A DNA stretch of 64,000 nucleotides from Lophium mytilinum (Eukaryota), in the NCBI GenBank assembly GCA_010093605.1, contig MU004182.1, positions 186,001 through 250,000 of the forward strand, read 5' to 3'. The notes beneath the pieces are model-generated. The model did no database searches. It was not told the DNA's origin and saw nothing but the letters and a program-made list of their open reading frames with translations. Of this stretch, positions 10,824-24,321 are shown piece after piece (the first letter of the stretch is position 1; each line of letters opens with the position of its first letter). The position numbers and the translations under genes were made by a program.

Positions 10824-11693
10824 ATGTCGACTACCCAGGCACGTACCCCGACGCTTCTCAATTTGGCCGGATCCAGGGCGTCACCGAGTTCCTAAGGACA
10901 TTGCGAACTTTGAAGCCCTGGACCTCCAATTTGAGGAGCTGCTCCGTGTTGAAAATGAGAATCTAACGAAGACCAGAGTGTCCAATGCTTCGGCAAGAAG
11001 AAGACCGCGACTGGTGAGTTATTGCGACTCTTGGCCTCATTTGTTGATCAAGCAAAATTGCTAACATAATCCCACAGCCGTGGCGCACTGCAAGGTATAT
11101 TCGAATCCCTCTCCTCACGACCTTGGAACCGGATACTGTGAGACAGCGATACTGATACATCTGCGAATAGTCCGGCAAAGGCTTGATCAAGGTCAACGGC
11201 AAGCCGCTCTCGCTCGTCCAGCCCGAGATCTTGCGCTTCAAGGTCTACGAGCCTGTCCTCATCCTCGGCGTTGACAAGTTCGGTGCGTACCACGAATTCC
11301 AGCTCCGGGTACCCAAATTGCAAAGAGGGGCGAAGCACTGATAATGGATACAGCGGACGTTGACATCCGAGTTCGCGTCTCCGGTGGTGGACACACTTCC
11401 CAGATTTACGCCATCCGACAGGCCATTGCCAAGTCAATCGTATGTGCTGCCCTCGCCACTTTGAACTCCACCCTTCTTGATGGGGGAAATCCCGAAGTAC
11501 ATGACACTAATAACAGCCATTTCGATAGATTGCCTACTACCAAAAATACATCGACGAGCACTCCAAGAACCAGCTCAAGCAGGCCCTCGTCCAATACGAC
11601 CGCACCCTCCTCGTCGCCGACAACAGGCGTTGCGAGCCCAAGAAATTCGGCGGTCCCGGTGCGCGTGCCAGATACCAGAAATCGTACCGGTAG
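10824..11693 (+). CDS. RPS16: 40S ribosomal protein S16 (uS9), 143 aa; exons 10824-10838, 10977-11013, 11078-11094, 11171-11282, 11354-11439, 11529-11693
   Basis: Spliced product [23 protein letters not shown]...[18 protein letters not shown]...[19 protein letters not shown]. The 432-nt CDS matches the usual fungal S16 length. Confidence 0.97.
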
Positions 11694-12278
11694 AGGATTC
11701 ATTGTGCTTGGGGGATGGATGGTCTGGGCTGGAATGGTTGCGTCGGATGGTGGCTGCGGTATGGCTCAGCATTTCTCCGGCATGATCATGGCGATATGGA
11801 CTGCGTCTTTGTGTGATTCATAAAATGGGAAATACAATTCTAGTTGTGAACACACATTGAAGGAGGAATTGATCAAAGTGATCCTGGACAATTATCAGAC
11901 GCAACGCGTGATATTGGATGGCTGAAAGAGAAACACCAGGTCCGTGATATTGGATTTGACAGCCTGGATGGAAACTCAAGGTATAATTAGGTAAAGTTGG
12001 TCGTTCCAGCAGCACCGGTCCATGCGGGAATATACACCACACCACGCTGAAGCTCAAGAAGCCACAAGCCCACCCAGCAACCGTCCAACAACTACTTCTC
12101 CGAGCTACCCCAGAAAGCTCCCATGGCCCCTTGAACTTTATAGAACATCCACCCCTAAACCTCATGCCGCCAAACGCTAACAAAGCCGCCGATACTTCGC
12201 AAACCCTATCAACGAGTAAGCAAAGCTGCGATACAACCCTGTTGGCAGACGCATTATGCTCAGCCATCAGAAGTCAAT

Positions 12279-14879
12279 CTAGCCATCAGTACCATTGCTG
12301 CGGAACGCGGCGCAAAGGTCGGCATAGTGATGCGTGAGGTCCAGCACGTGCTGCGGCAGGCTGGTGCCCTGGATAATGCTGCGAATCTTGACGCCACCTT
12401 CTTCTTCGATGAGGCGGCGAATAGTGTAGAGTAAAGATGGCGAGAACTGCCAAGCCACCACATTAGCATATCGTCTGAATGGGGGATATGGGAAAGATAT
12501 AGACGTACTTCTGAGTACCACCGATACTGCCACGTCACGAGCCGCAGGAGGGCAGAGCACGTCTCCCGCACGTTGATGCGAATTTCGCTGAGGTTGAGGA
12601 CGCCTTTCATGGCTTTCGGGCTGAATTTGATTTGCAGACAGCTCTGGTACGCCTCTACCGCCTCATCGGTGTGATGCAGCCGCTCCGCCAGCTCGCCAAG
12701 GATCTCCCACTCTTCGGCGGATTTCTTGTATAGGAGCTGTTGCTGCCTGTACTGCGCCATCTCAGTGCGCCAGATCGTGTAGACGCGGAGGTCTTCGTAG
12801 AGCACCATGAAGAGGTTGTCCAGCCAGCGCTCACAGAGACGCTTATTTTGGAACTGGGTATAGTTTGAGGATTGAGCTTGATCGGGCTTAGGCGTGGTGT
12901 CAGTGGATAATAATGTATAGGGGGTAATAAGGGCATGGGAGTGGAAGTCATTGGAAAAGAATTTCCATTGCTCAACGAGAAACGGTGGGGGAGTTGCTGG
13001 CGAGAAAAAGTTGGAACCTACTTCGTCGCTGCCAGCTTTCACCTCCTCAGAGGTGATGGTGTGGCCTGGCTTTTCGATTGCGTCGCCTTCTAAGGACGAC
13101 TCGCCATGGGGCGGATTTGAGACTGGTGAACTTATCTCAGTTTCACCGTGACCGTTCGTCTTGGGGCTGGGGGAGCGTAGTGCAGTTGTGCTAGCATTAC
13201 GTGAACCTGGTTGATGTGTGATGGTTTGCTTTTCGTGTCGATATTCCTCCTCCATGACGAAGACCTGGCTACGGATTCGTAACAATTGGTCCCATCCAAT
13301 CTTTTTTGTGATCTCAGTCAGTAGAATGTAGGCTTTTAGGAAGGTGCCCTTAAAACCAGCAGCATGGAGTTTCCGTAGTGTGGGATGCACAAGCTCAATG
13401 CTGTCCGCGTTACTGTCGTCAATCTCATCGCATATCGTCTCGGGCATCGCGGGTAGGAAGACTTTTAGTGGCTCGGGCATCCGTGGCGCATCCTTGTCCT
13501 GATAGGTGAACATCGGGCAGGAGTTTAGGGTCAATAGTGCGAGATCCCACTGCTCCATGCTGACATAGATCTCAGCAAGACGAGCCCAGGTGCCAAACTC
13601 GCTCGGAGCGGAAACCACACTCCGTTTCGCAATCTCAATAGCAAGATCGCCACGTCCCTTCTTGTTACAAAATTCGGCTTGACAGTCTAGTAGCGAATAA
13701 TCCATGGGTAGGTCTTGAATCGTCTCGTGCAAGAGCTGAACAGCCTTTACTTCTTCATCCGCAGCAATGTATACACGAGCGAGTAAGGAGGAGATTTCGG
13801 GGTCTCGAGTACGCAGTTTCTCGAACAGGTTGATCCCAGAAGCATATCTTCCCGTAGTATTGATATATTCGAGGAGGCCAGTAGTCAGATGGTTGGACAC
13901 AAGATTGGGGACTTGGATCTCGGGATCAGATCCCAGTTGCCAGCCTGGACATCCATTAGAAGAGGCTCGATCATTGCTTATAGTTGTGCTCACCTTGGAA
14001 GAACAACCTCTCCGCCGCGTCCAAGAACTTGTGCTCGCTCTCAGTACTAGTAATTGGATTGAATCTCCGCACGCCAACAATCTTTTTTATAGTGTCGCCA
14101 GATCCATCGTCTGCGTAGGAATATGCGCGAAGAACACTGCAGAGGTAGGTTTCCAGCCACAAATCATCCGTGGCTACGCGCTTGTCTCCCCGCTCGTCAA
14201 TGCAATAGCTCTCCACTGTTCCGGGAATGGCCACCTGTACCCGCATGTCCAGACGCGAGAAGGCATTGTAGCAGCTGACCAGTCAGCGGGTTCCGACTCA
14301 ACGAATAGAGAGATCCTACCAGTATAGCCCAGATATCACTTTGTTCGTCTTGTCGTGTGGGGAGTATGTGAGAGTGTTTATGTAGGCAGCCAAGCTGGCT
14401 GATGAGGATGCATCGATGCCCGTAACATGGTGGTATACGCCAATCTGCAGAGTGTTATTTGTGGTGTACCGGGCCGAACTTGAGGAATCTCGGTGGAGGT
14501 GGGGTGGGACGGTAAGATAGTTGATGTACCTGTTTGGTCGACTGTTTTGACTGCTTAACGAGATGGACAAGATCCGGAGGGCCCAGTTCCCGCAGTGTCT
14601 GTAATGTTTCGGCGCGCGCTTCCACAGCTGTATGAAGCTCCTCTTCGAAAATTCTAGAGCGGTTGTTCCGTCAGCAATCTGGCCTCGAAAAGCAAGCTGA
14701 AGGCCGTCCACCCATAGGGTCCAGATATGGGCAATGGAGAGAGCAACACTGTGCTAGAGATTCCAAAGCGCGTTGAGGTGATGCAAATGAACTTATAGGG
14801 AGATCTGAGGCAGGAAAGGCGCTATATGGGCTCTTTGAGCAATGCAGACATACTCAGGAACTGATGGTGCGATCACCAT
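12279..14879 (-). CDS. BUD7: ChAPs family exomer cargo adaptor (Bud7/Bch1), 674 aa, 7 exons: 14879-14854, 14653-14530, 14444-14320, 14274-13994, 13944-13022, 12886-12509, 12446-12279
   Basis: Motifs LRELGPPDLVHL, YHHVTGIDASSSASLAAY, CCYNAFSRLDMRV, LNSCPM, GWDQLLRIRSQVFVMEEEY and KRLCERWLDNLFMVLYEDLR. Six canonical introns give a 2025-nt CDS. Confidence 0.93.
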
Positions 14880-15254
14880 GCTTGCCGCGGAGCGCAAGAC
14901 GCGCTAGACTTGCGCAATGCAGAGAAGTGATGCACGGAAGGTCTGGACTGTCGTCGAAGTATAACAAGCGGGTTTCGCGGAGGAGTGGAGGTTGTCAACG
15001 GTGGACTTGGGAAGAAGGTGAATTCGAGAGAACGGCGCTAGTTCCTCCGCGTTTCGTTTGACGCGACTACGTAGGGTTGGTAGAACGGCTCAACGGCTGG
15101 CCACGACTTCATTCACACTACACACGGCTTCTTCTCCTTGTTCTGCTCTCCATTCATATAACCTCTTCTGGCGTCTCTTCCATAGATGCCGTCCTCTCCT
15201 TTACCATCACCCTGACCGGCGAGCAGCTCTACAACCTCTCCGGCCCCTCCCAAT

Positions 15255-18200
15255 ATGGTACGTGGAAGCTTCAATTTATGCGCTGGCCCACCTCCCCGTC
15301 TTTCCAACCAGGCTAATGTATTATGTGTACAGTCGGCTTTCAAAGCGTTAAATGTGGAGTCAGACAACGAATCAGAGGATGAGGTCGACGATACGAAAGA
15401 AATCCAGATCGAAGATGCCTTGAAGCTCTACCAGACAGCTCTAAAGTACCACTCCGAAGGCCCACCTTCCTACGACCAGGCTTCTGAGGCCTACAAAGTC
15501 CTCTTCGCCTCCGAAATATTCAAATATGCAGAGTCACTGTCTGAGTTCCGGCGCCATGAGCTCTACGGTGACAAGTTGGAGTTTGACAATATTTTACAAG
15601 ACGATTTCGAGGCGGGGCCAGTCCAGCTCCCTGGCGCATCGGACGGCGCACCCAATACTTTGCCACAAATCCTCCATCTTTCTTATAAGAACTATGGCCA
15701 GTTCTTGCTCGAGTCGATGCAGTATCGCCTGCAACAGGCCCAGGCAGAACAAGGCCATTCCGTAGCTGATGCCGTCGCAATACGCCAGGGCACCGAGGGC
15801 CCGTTACGGTATTTTGCCGAAGCTTTGGACAAGGACGATGCCGATCTGGACTTGTGGTCACGGATATCCTCTGTTGCCGCACTCGTAGGAAGCAGTCGGA
15901 TTACCCGCTTTTGCTTGGAGGCTGTGCTGGACGGGGACGACGAGGGTCTTGAGAGCATACTCCGACTTCCGGGGCTGGAGGAAGGCTTTGCGGGCCATGA
16001 GTTGAAAGAAGTAAGCTACCATCATACCTTACACACAGCACTCACTAAGTTCATCTAGCTAGCAGAGAAGTTGCAAGACGACCTCTCGTTGATGCAGGCT
16101 CCTCTATCGTCTATGAAAAGGAAGAAGCTATCTCGACTGCTGAAAACTCGACTTAATCCATACCCCTTTGCCCCGCTGCCGTCGGAGGTCTCCAAGCTTA
16201 ACTCCTCTGAAATTTCAGGCCGCACTCCCAAACAATATGCTCTGAGTCCCGCCAAGAGAGATTGGGCGGCAGTTGGAGAAGTTATCCTACAGCAATACAT
16301 GGCAGAGCAAAGCGGATATTTGGACCTAGGACCAGGATCAGGCATTCAGATCAACCTTCCCCCTGATCCAGCTCGCGAACATCACGTATCACAACCAGAG
16401 AACGACCAGGTCCCCACGATATCAGACCATGGTGCACAGTCAAATTCATCCACATCTGGAGACGACAAATCTGCGAACGGAATCGTGCAAAGCCAGGTAG
16501 CAATACCTGCAGTGGACCGGCCAACACCGGAGGGAGAAGATTCAAAGCAACCTGAAGTCGACGCAACTGAAGATGTCACAATGACTGAAGCTGATGCAGA
16601 CGCGACGGAGAAAGAGAAAGAACCTGAGCTAGCTGCTGCTCCCGAAGCTTCCTCTGCACCATCTCGTAAACGCTCTACTGATTCCGCCGAACTTCCCGAA
16701 ACGGCAGATGGCGGGAGAGTGCGAAGTAAGAGGATCCGAGCCCGAGAGTCCATTGTAGAGGGCCCAGGAGTGGACGATGCCGAGATGGCCAGGCAGGCAG
16801 AGGATATGCTTGCTGCTTTTCACACCTCAGATGACGTGCTGTTTGGAACTTGGATCAAGCATCTTGAAAAGCTCGGCGTCACAGGTCTTACGCCGCCAGC
16901 GCAATTGAGGGCCTTGTATGCCGACGCGCAACCCGATGCACCCATCAATTCTGTCGACAGCACTAGCAAAGCAGTGTGCGACATGTTTTTCGTTATGAAG
17001 TACAGCCCCTCGAAAGCGGCAGCTGTTCTGCTCAGTAGCGAAACCGTGGACTTAGGTGGTATGTCGCGAGAAGCGGGTTTAAATGCCTTTCTAGGATATG
17101 CAAAATCTGGCGGCTCCTTCAACTGCACGAAGCCATTTCTGGGGGATGAAGGGCTGTCACATTTTGCAGACACAATTAATTCACGCTGGCTGAGCATGAA
17201 AGAGGTTGCGTTCGCGTGGCTTGAGACCTTATTACTGCCCAGATCCGCTGCTATGTCAGCGGCTTCTGGAGACGTCAAGGAATCCACCTATCTGCATTTT
17301 CGATGGACCGACGACTTGAAGCGACACGTCGTTCAGGTCATTGTCAATCTAGATGATTACATATCTCAACGTTTGCAAGATCAGATCTCCGAGCTGAACA
17401 TCGAACAACTTGAGCATGGGACCGCAGGGTTCTCTCAAGCCTTTGAGGGCAAAGACATGGTCATATTGGAGATGGCTCAGACTCTTTTCGAGCTCCATCT
17501 GGACATCTACTCCTTGATTCGACATCCCAATAGCGGCGTTGACGAGGCAACTCAAACTATCCAAAAAGACCGCCTAGAGCGATGGGCATCAATGGCCCGA
17601 GACGTTATAACGATGCGTTCCTGTGTGCATCAAGCGGGCGATCTGGACCAGCTTGAGTTGAGACACATCTGGGCTTCCGCATTCCATATCAGTGTTTGCG
17701 AAGATGTACCCCCGGAGCATATTCTAAATTGCATGGACGATCTGAAGAGTATTTTTAAGTCAATTGGCGAGCCGAAGATTCAGATACAGAACAATGCCGT
17801 CATGCCTGAACTGTCCGTAGCCGCCGTAGACCGGGAACTGGCAAAGATCAGCATGAAGGGCTTCTTCTTAAAAGTCTTCAACCACGACGAGAAGGATCCT
17901 GTGGCCGTCATAGAAAGCTTGGAACCAATCCTGGAACCTCTGGACTATATGCAGCAAGACATTGAACCTATCAATGATGGCAACGATCGTAGCCAAAACG
18001 AAGGTAGTAGCACTGCAACGTTCGATGAAGACTCCACGTCGCATGAAGTTCATATGACAAACCCATTGCGAGAAATGAGGAAGTTTCTTGACACCGCCAA
18101 CGTTTCTCTCCGTCTTTCGCTCTGGCAACGACTTCGAGAAGCTTATGAAGCTATTGACTATCCACCCAAGGTTGTCTCTTGCTACTTGCGAAGCATCGAA

Positions 18201-21200
18201 GTCATAACTAAGGAGTTCTGCTCGCCAACCTACCAGGACGCACAAACCTCCGACCGCTATTTCCTGCTCCTTAGCAGTCTGCGCATCATCGATGAACTGT
18301 TGATCAAAATCTTGCAGTTAGTCAAGGGTGACGATGCAGCATTCGACTGCATAGATTACGAGCACCTGCAAACCTCGATGAAAGCGATCACTCAATTCCT
18401 CGAGATTATGACGGCAGCCAACGTCTACGAAGACTTGGTGCGCGTTCAACAAATACCCACACCGAAGTATGATGGATCACATAACTCTTTGAAATTTAAT
18501 GCAGTTTTAAGGAAGTTGCATGACATGCAAATGCGGGCATGGATTCTTCAATTCTCTCTCTTCAAAGAGGGAATTGTCCAGAATGCCGGGGTCTTCCCCA
18601 CGCCCGATGAAGACAAGTACATGTTCCTTCGTGGTGTGCACTATACTACTGGGCTGCGAGGTTTCTGTCATGCCGCAGGTCGGACGTTTCTCAGGCTTTT
18701 AAAAGACGAAATTGTGCGTTTCTATGATTCCCCCGACGGGACCTTCCCTGATATCGGCATTGAGCTGTCACAAGTATTGTACGATTTGTATGGTTTGAAC
18801 ACCTTCACGGACCCTACTCAACTCATTGACTTTGATTCGAAACCGGAGGTGTTGGAGAGGAAGACGGCGACCCAACTTCTATCATTTCTCATGTCCCAGT
18901 CGCAGAAGATGAACACCAAGGATTTGCCGAAGAGCGAACTTAAGGTCGCCATCGATAAAGTGCATGGAGCACTTGGCCGGCCAAAAGCAAACGATGACAT
19001 GGCAATGAATCGCAAGATTCTCAATTCGTTCATCAAGTCTCCTATCAACCCTATCGATCTTTTCAGATGTCTGGAAGGTATTGGCACGCTTTCAGTCAAG
19101 CTCATCACTCCGAGCCGGGCCATTGCAGCCTCGAAAGGCTGGTACTATGTCATGGGTTCCATTTCTCTCGACAAATTTCGGTCACAGAAACGCATAGCCG
19201 CAGGGCCAACTGAGGATGTCAATATTGCTGCCGCCTTTTTCATGCAGGATCTTGAATACTCAACGGACCGATGGGAAACGTGGTATCGTCTGGCACAAGC
19301 GTACGACATGCAATTGGAGGAAGCCGTATCATGGACCGCGGAGAAGTTGAACAGCAACAGTCTCGAGATCCTCAACTTTCAACGGCATGCTATACACGCC
19401 TATACTATGGCAGTCGCGTGCGCAGTACGAGATGCCGACTCTTCACCGCAGACTATCGCAAAAGTCTCTCAGATGTATGAAGACTTTGGCAACAGAATTT
19501 ATTCTTCTTCAAGGGAGCCTTTTAGTATGCATGCGTTCAACCTCCGCGAAACGGAGCAGAAGTACTTCAGTGTGCAAACTATCTTCCAAGGAGAACCCTT
19601 CTCGCCCATGCGGCCGTTCTCAGCTTGGAAATTGGCTAGCGTGCTGTTTAAGAGGGCCATTGCAGGCAATCCGAACAAGTGGCTAAACCACTACATGCTG
19701 GGGAAATGCCTCTGGAAGATGCACTATGCAGACACAGTTACGCGGAGCACCAACAAAGTTCCTAGTTATGGAGAGGTGGTGAACGCTATTGTACGAGCAA
19801 TTGACGTGCTGCCAAAGAAAGATAACCGCCGTGAACCAATACTGGAGCCTCACTACAAATTGGTCTCGATAGTCTTCAAGTTGGTTAATCGAAAGGATAT
19901 TGTTCCTGAGCTCGGTAGCGAGATACTGGAGAACACGTCGTATGCGAGGAACATCCCAGCATGCACTGACCTGGATGAATGGGAACCCTACATCCTTCAA
20001 ATCCTCAAGGCCCTCCGTAGCGCAGACAAAGCGGGCTGGCATCATCGCATGACTGCTCGTGCGGCGCATGTCATCTACGACGACTCTCACGAAGACTATC
20101 CCGTCGCTCTGGGCGCCAAATCCGAGTTCACAGCGCAGATGTTCACAAAGACCATGGCTGTGCAAGTCTGGAAACCAGAGAACGAGCGTCCAGGCCGCCA
20201 TTTCGTCTACACAAGTCGCTACACGCGCTTCTTCGTGCGCCTCCTTGTTCAAACCGGCGATCGCGCCAATCTCGAAACCCTCGCCCGCCGCATTCGCAAG
20301 AAACCCCACGAGTTTTTCGAGCACGCAAAGCTATGGGGAGAGCTCTGCCTCGCATACCTCAAACTACTTCGCCGCATGGGCAATGTCCCCGAAGGCCATG
20401 AGGACGCCGTCTTCAAATCTCTCAACCACGAGGAGTTCACCGCCCGCAGCACGCGTCTAGATCAATGGTGTCACGCGAATTCAACCAATCCCATCGTTGA
20501 GGTCCTCCGCGAGGTCGTCGAGCTCAAGAAACTAAACAACGGGCTCATGAAGGCGCTGCTCATTGACGACCTCGTCGGGGACGCCTACGCGATGCTCTAC
20601 GCACAGGTTGGCCCAAGTCTAGAACCGCCTCAGCCGCCTATCCCGCAACACCAAGCCCCGGCGAATATGATGAACCTCTCGAGTCTCATGAACATACAGA
20701 CGGACGGCTCCTCGGACTCGAAACCGACCTTTCACACTCATGGTATGCCCCCACAGCAGGAACAGCAAGTGCCCCGCCCCCGCGCGAAGGGTGTTGGTCG
20801 TAGAGAGTTGCAGAAGAAGGCGGAGGCGGCGGTGCTGAGGCCGCCGGCGCCTGCAGTGCCTATACCGATTCGCAGCCCACCAACCAGTGCGCGGACATCC
20901 CTCGCTAACCTTGTTACCATGGGCCTGGTGCCTGGCTCCGGCTCTGGTCAGTCGTCCGACACCGCGACCCCGAACCTTGCAGTGCCTGTACTCCCGAGCA
21001 ACGCGCCGCCGGAGAATCGGCTGCAGGTCCCGCTTTCTGCGGCTACGAGCTCGAGAGGAGAGGGAGTCGGAGCGAGTGGGAGTGCGCCAGTGAGTGTGCC
21101 GGGGTCGGTACATGATAGTGCGGATGACGAGAGTGAGTTGAGCGAGTTGGCGGAGGACGACGAAGCGGACGAGGATGAGAAGGCCAAGAGTCTCTTGCCG

Positions 21201-21278
21201 ACTTTGGCGGCGAAAGGGAAGACGGTAGGCAATTGGAGTGGCGGGAAGAGTGTTGGCGCTGACGAGACGGGAGCTTGA
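15255..21278 (+). CDS. HIR3: Histone transcription regulator 3 (HIR complex, Cabin1 homolog), ~1966 aa; exons 15255-15257, 15333-16010, 16059-21278
   Basis: N-terminus MSAFKALNVE..EVDDTKEIQIEDALKLYQTALK; TPR-like LHLSYKNYG; WETWYRLAQAYD, EPHYKLVS, WHHRM and VWKPENERPGRHF. Exon 1 is the ATG alone. Confidence 0.93.
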
Positions 21279-21915
21279 GGGGATTTTTCCATCGGCAAAG
21301 GGGGTGTTATGCTGTACTTGTTCTCAATGGTGTTGAAGTGGAGAAGTATGCTTCTTGTTTGTTTTGTTATGCATTTACGGTGTGATGGCTACGGGCTACG
21401 GGGCGTGGGATTGCATAGGAGGCGTTAGACAATACTGTCTTACGGATCGGTAGATACCAAATTCCATACGACCGATCTAGTGTACGTTGTTTTAGTGCCT
21501 CGGAAGCCTACCGCTACTAAAAAGGATTGATATTCTGATTAGAACGGTGAATCATGATAGGGGTAGCGAAAAGAGTCACGTGCTATGTTCGACGGGGTCA
21601 GTTAGATTGAGTATTGCCTAGACTCTATTGGTATGTATCATCGATCCGTCTTTTACGCTTTTAAAGACTCGAATAGTTCCAAGAACCTCGTACATGGTCT
21701 AATGTCGAACATAGTGCCTTTCAAGCTAATATATGAGGTATCTTTCGACTCTGTGAAGTATACTATGAGGCGCTGGGGGTCAGGAGCTATCAGGACTGTG
21801 AATCTCAAGCGCGGGCAGTTTACGAGGGGCCCACACCTCGCTCGCCTCCACCCACGTTCGTCGGGCACAACGAACCTCGCAAACGTCGCAGGGGCAGCTC
21901 AAGGACATCAACAAA

Positions 21916-23349
21916 ATGGCATCTCACGACTCGATGAACTTCGACCCCGCGCTCGAGAACAACGACGACAGCCCAGACGACGACAGCGAGCCGTCGCCCA
22001 ACAACACCAACCATGGTGACGCCCCGCCGCCCGACCTCGACGTGCCCGTCCCCGTCGAGGGCTCCTCGTATGCGGTACGTGACGCGCAGCTGCCGTTGTT
22101 ATTGGGGAGTGCGCGATTCTAACGGGAGTGTGTTTAGGACTGGGAGGCCCTTCGATATGCCATCAATGCGTGGGCGCTGAGGGATAAGTTCAAGACGCGG
22201 ATACACAAGAAGGTATGTACATTCACATCTCATTATCGCTCCTTCTTCCATCATCTCACCTGTCAAGCTCCATTCATTGAGCTCCATCTACCATCTTCAT
22301 CACTTCAATAACTCCAGCCATACTTGATAAGCCATACCTAACCCACACCCCAGGACTCCACCCGTGCCGTATATCACTGCAAATACGAAACCAAAACCAA
22401 CCCGCCCTGCACCTGGCGCATCCGCGCCAACGTCTCGCGCCCCTCCTCATCCACTCCCTCGCAGCACCCTCCCTCCGTCGTCGTCACCGTCGTCCAGCCC
22501 TTCCACACCTGCAACCCCGACGAGCACGTCGAGGACGACAAGTACTGGCGCCGCGGCGTGCAGTTCACACAGCGCTGGGTGCGCGACTCGCTCGCCCGCT
22601 GCGGCTTCCAGGTGTCGGTCGACACGGCCCCCGCCGAAATTGTGCAGGTCATCAAGGAGCGCTTCGGCGAGGACATCGAGGAGAAGCTAGCGAAGAAGGC
22701 AAAGACGAGCCTGCTGGTCATGCGGGGCGATATCCAGCCGCCGCCGCGCGGGAAGACGCAGCGCGCGCCGGGGGTCAATCGGGGCGGGCGGCCGAGCAAG
22801 GCCATGCTGGAGGAGCGAAAGCGGGTCGCCGAGGCGGAGGCGCATATGCAGCGGCGGAGGGCGATTGAGAGGGAGCGGCGAGAGCGCGAGGGCTTGCCGC
22901 CGCTGAACGACCACGAGCTTATGCTGTTTGTGGAGGGCGAGGGCCATGGCCAGTCGCAGGCGCAGGGCGCGATGGCCATGGCGATGCAGGCACAGCAGAA
23001 TCCGGCGGTTGTGACGGGCGGCGAGGACTTTGTGTTTGAGTCTGGTGAGCGGATTCTGGGCCCTGTGCAGCAGTATCTGGTGGATGCCGCGAGGGCGGGC
23101 ACGACGGACCCTGCGCCGGCCTTCCATTCGCACTCGATTCCGAGTGGTGCCAGGTCTGTGGCGCCGATGCTGGCGAATGGGAGCTCGAGGCCGTGTGAGA
23201 CGTGCTCGGGGACTGGGGTGGTTAGTGTACCTGGCAGGGCGGGTGGCAGGAGCCAAGAGGACGACGAGTTGAATGTGCTGAAGAATCAGGTAGCGATGCT
23301 GGCAAAGCAGATTGCGTTGATGCAGAATCGGAGGGCGAGGGCTGGCTGA
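21916..23349 (+). CDS. Mutator (MuDR) N-terminal zinc-finger DNA-binding domain protein lacking the DDE transposase core, 409 aa; exons 21916-22074, 22138-22212, 22354-23349
   Basis: Spliced protein contains WEALRYAINAWALRDKF, YHCKYETKTNPPCTWRIRA...HTC, an HTH-like PAEIVQVIKERFGEDI..AKKAK and AT-hook-like RGGRP. Two canonical phase-0 introns. Confidence 0.72.
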
Positions 23350-24321
23350 TATGGTGTGGAAGGATGTGGAAGGATTCAGTCGGTTAGAGAGAGCTTCAGG
23401 TACCTGCCCTGTGGTGTGAGGGTACATACAGTTCTAAGGCATGATCAGATAGAGTTACGCCTTTCCTAGTCCAGGGTATTATTACTCTCCGAGAGAAAGG
23501 GGGTGAGGTTTCCGTTACGGCAAAGGACATAGAATATTTAATGAGAGGCAAGGTTTCGAGTCCGAAATGCACGGATTGTCTTTTATGTATTCGTTGACAC
23601 TGCTTGAGGAGCTTCATGGTATTGTCAACGTTCCGAATAAGGGGAAACTATAGTATCTTGGACTACTAATAAGCTCTCGAGGGTATTCTACTAGAGACAA
23701 TTCAACATGGTGTACACATATTCAAAGTGTATCCGCTACCCCAGGTTTCTATGGTTCGCGAGAGCCCCACGAACGATTGTAGAATAGGGAAGTGCACGAA
23801 TATCTATGGCGAGGCACTGTACGTTGCCACTTTTCAAATTGAGATGAATCCCCTGAAGGCGGCCCTGCTGACCTGACCTCAAACTGGATCAGAGTAATTG
23901 CAAGGGCAATCAAGGAGCATGGGTGACTAATGGTCCAGATCTCCATTCATTAAAGCCGAGCTCATTTACCGCGTCCCTTTTCTTTATTCCTCCGCCTCCT
24001 CCCCTCGGCCTCCCAAGTTCGACTAAGCTGCAGCTCGCAATACATTTGTTCTACTAACCCCTTCCTTAGGACTAGATAGAGAGCTACTTCATAAGAGTTA
24101 GTAGATATTATACCCTTATTGATGTATATGTAGCGAGGCGATATCCCGTATATGTGCGGGTAACTGTACATTTCGCGTTGAAATTTAGTAATTCAGCTTC
24201 TAGATGATGGAGCAAAGCTGTTCCTGGCTGAAGATAAGCCTAAAGTAGTGTGGGTGATGAATAGAGAAGAGGGGGGATAATTAGAGGAAAGGGAGGCGAT
24301 AAATAAGCTCGTCCTTCATTA

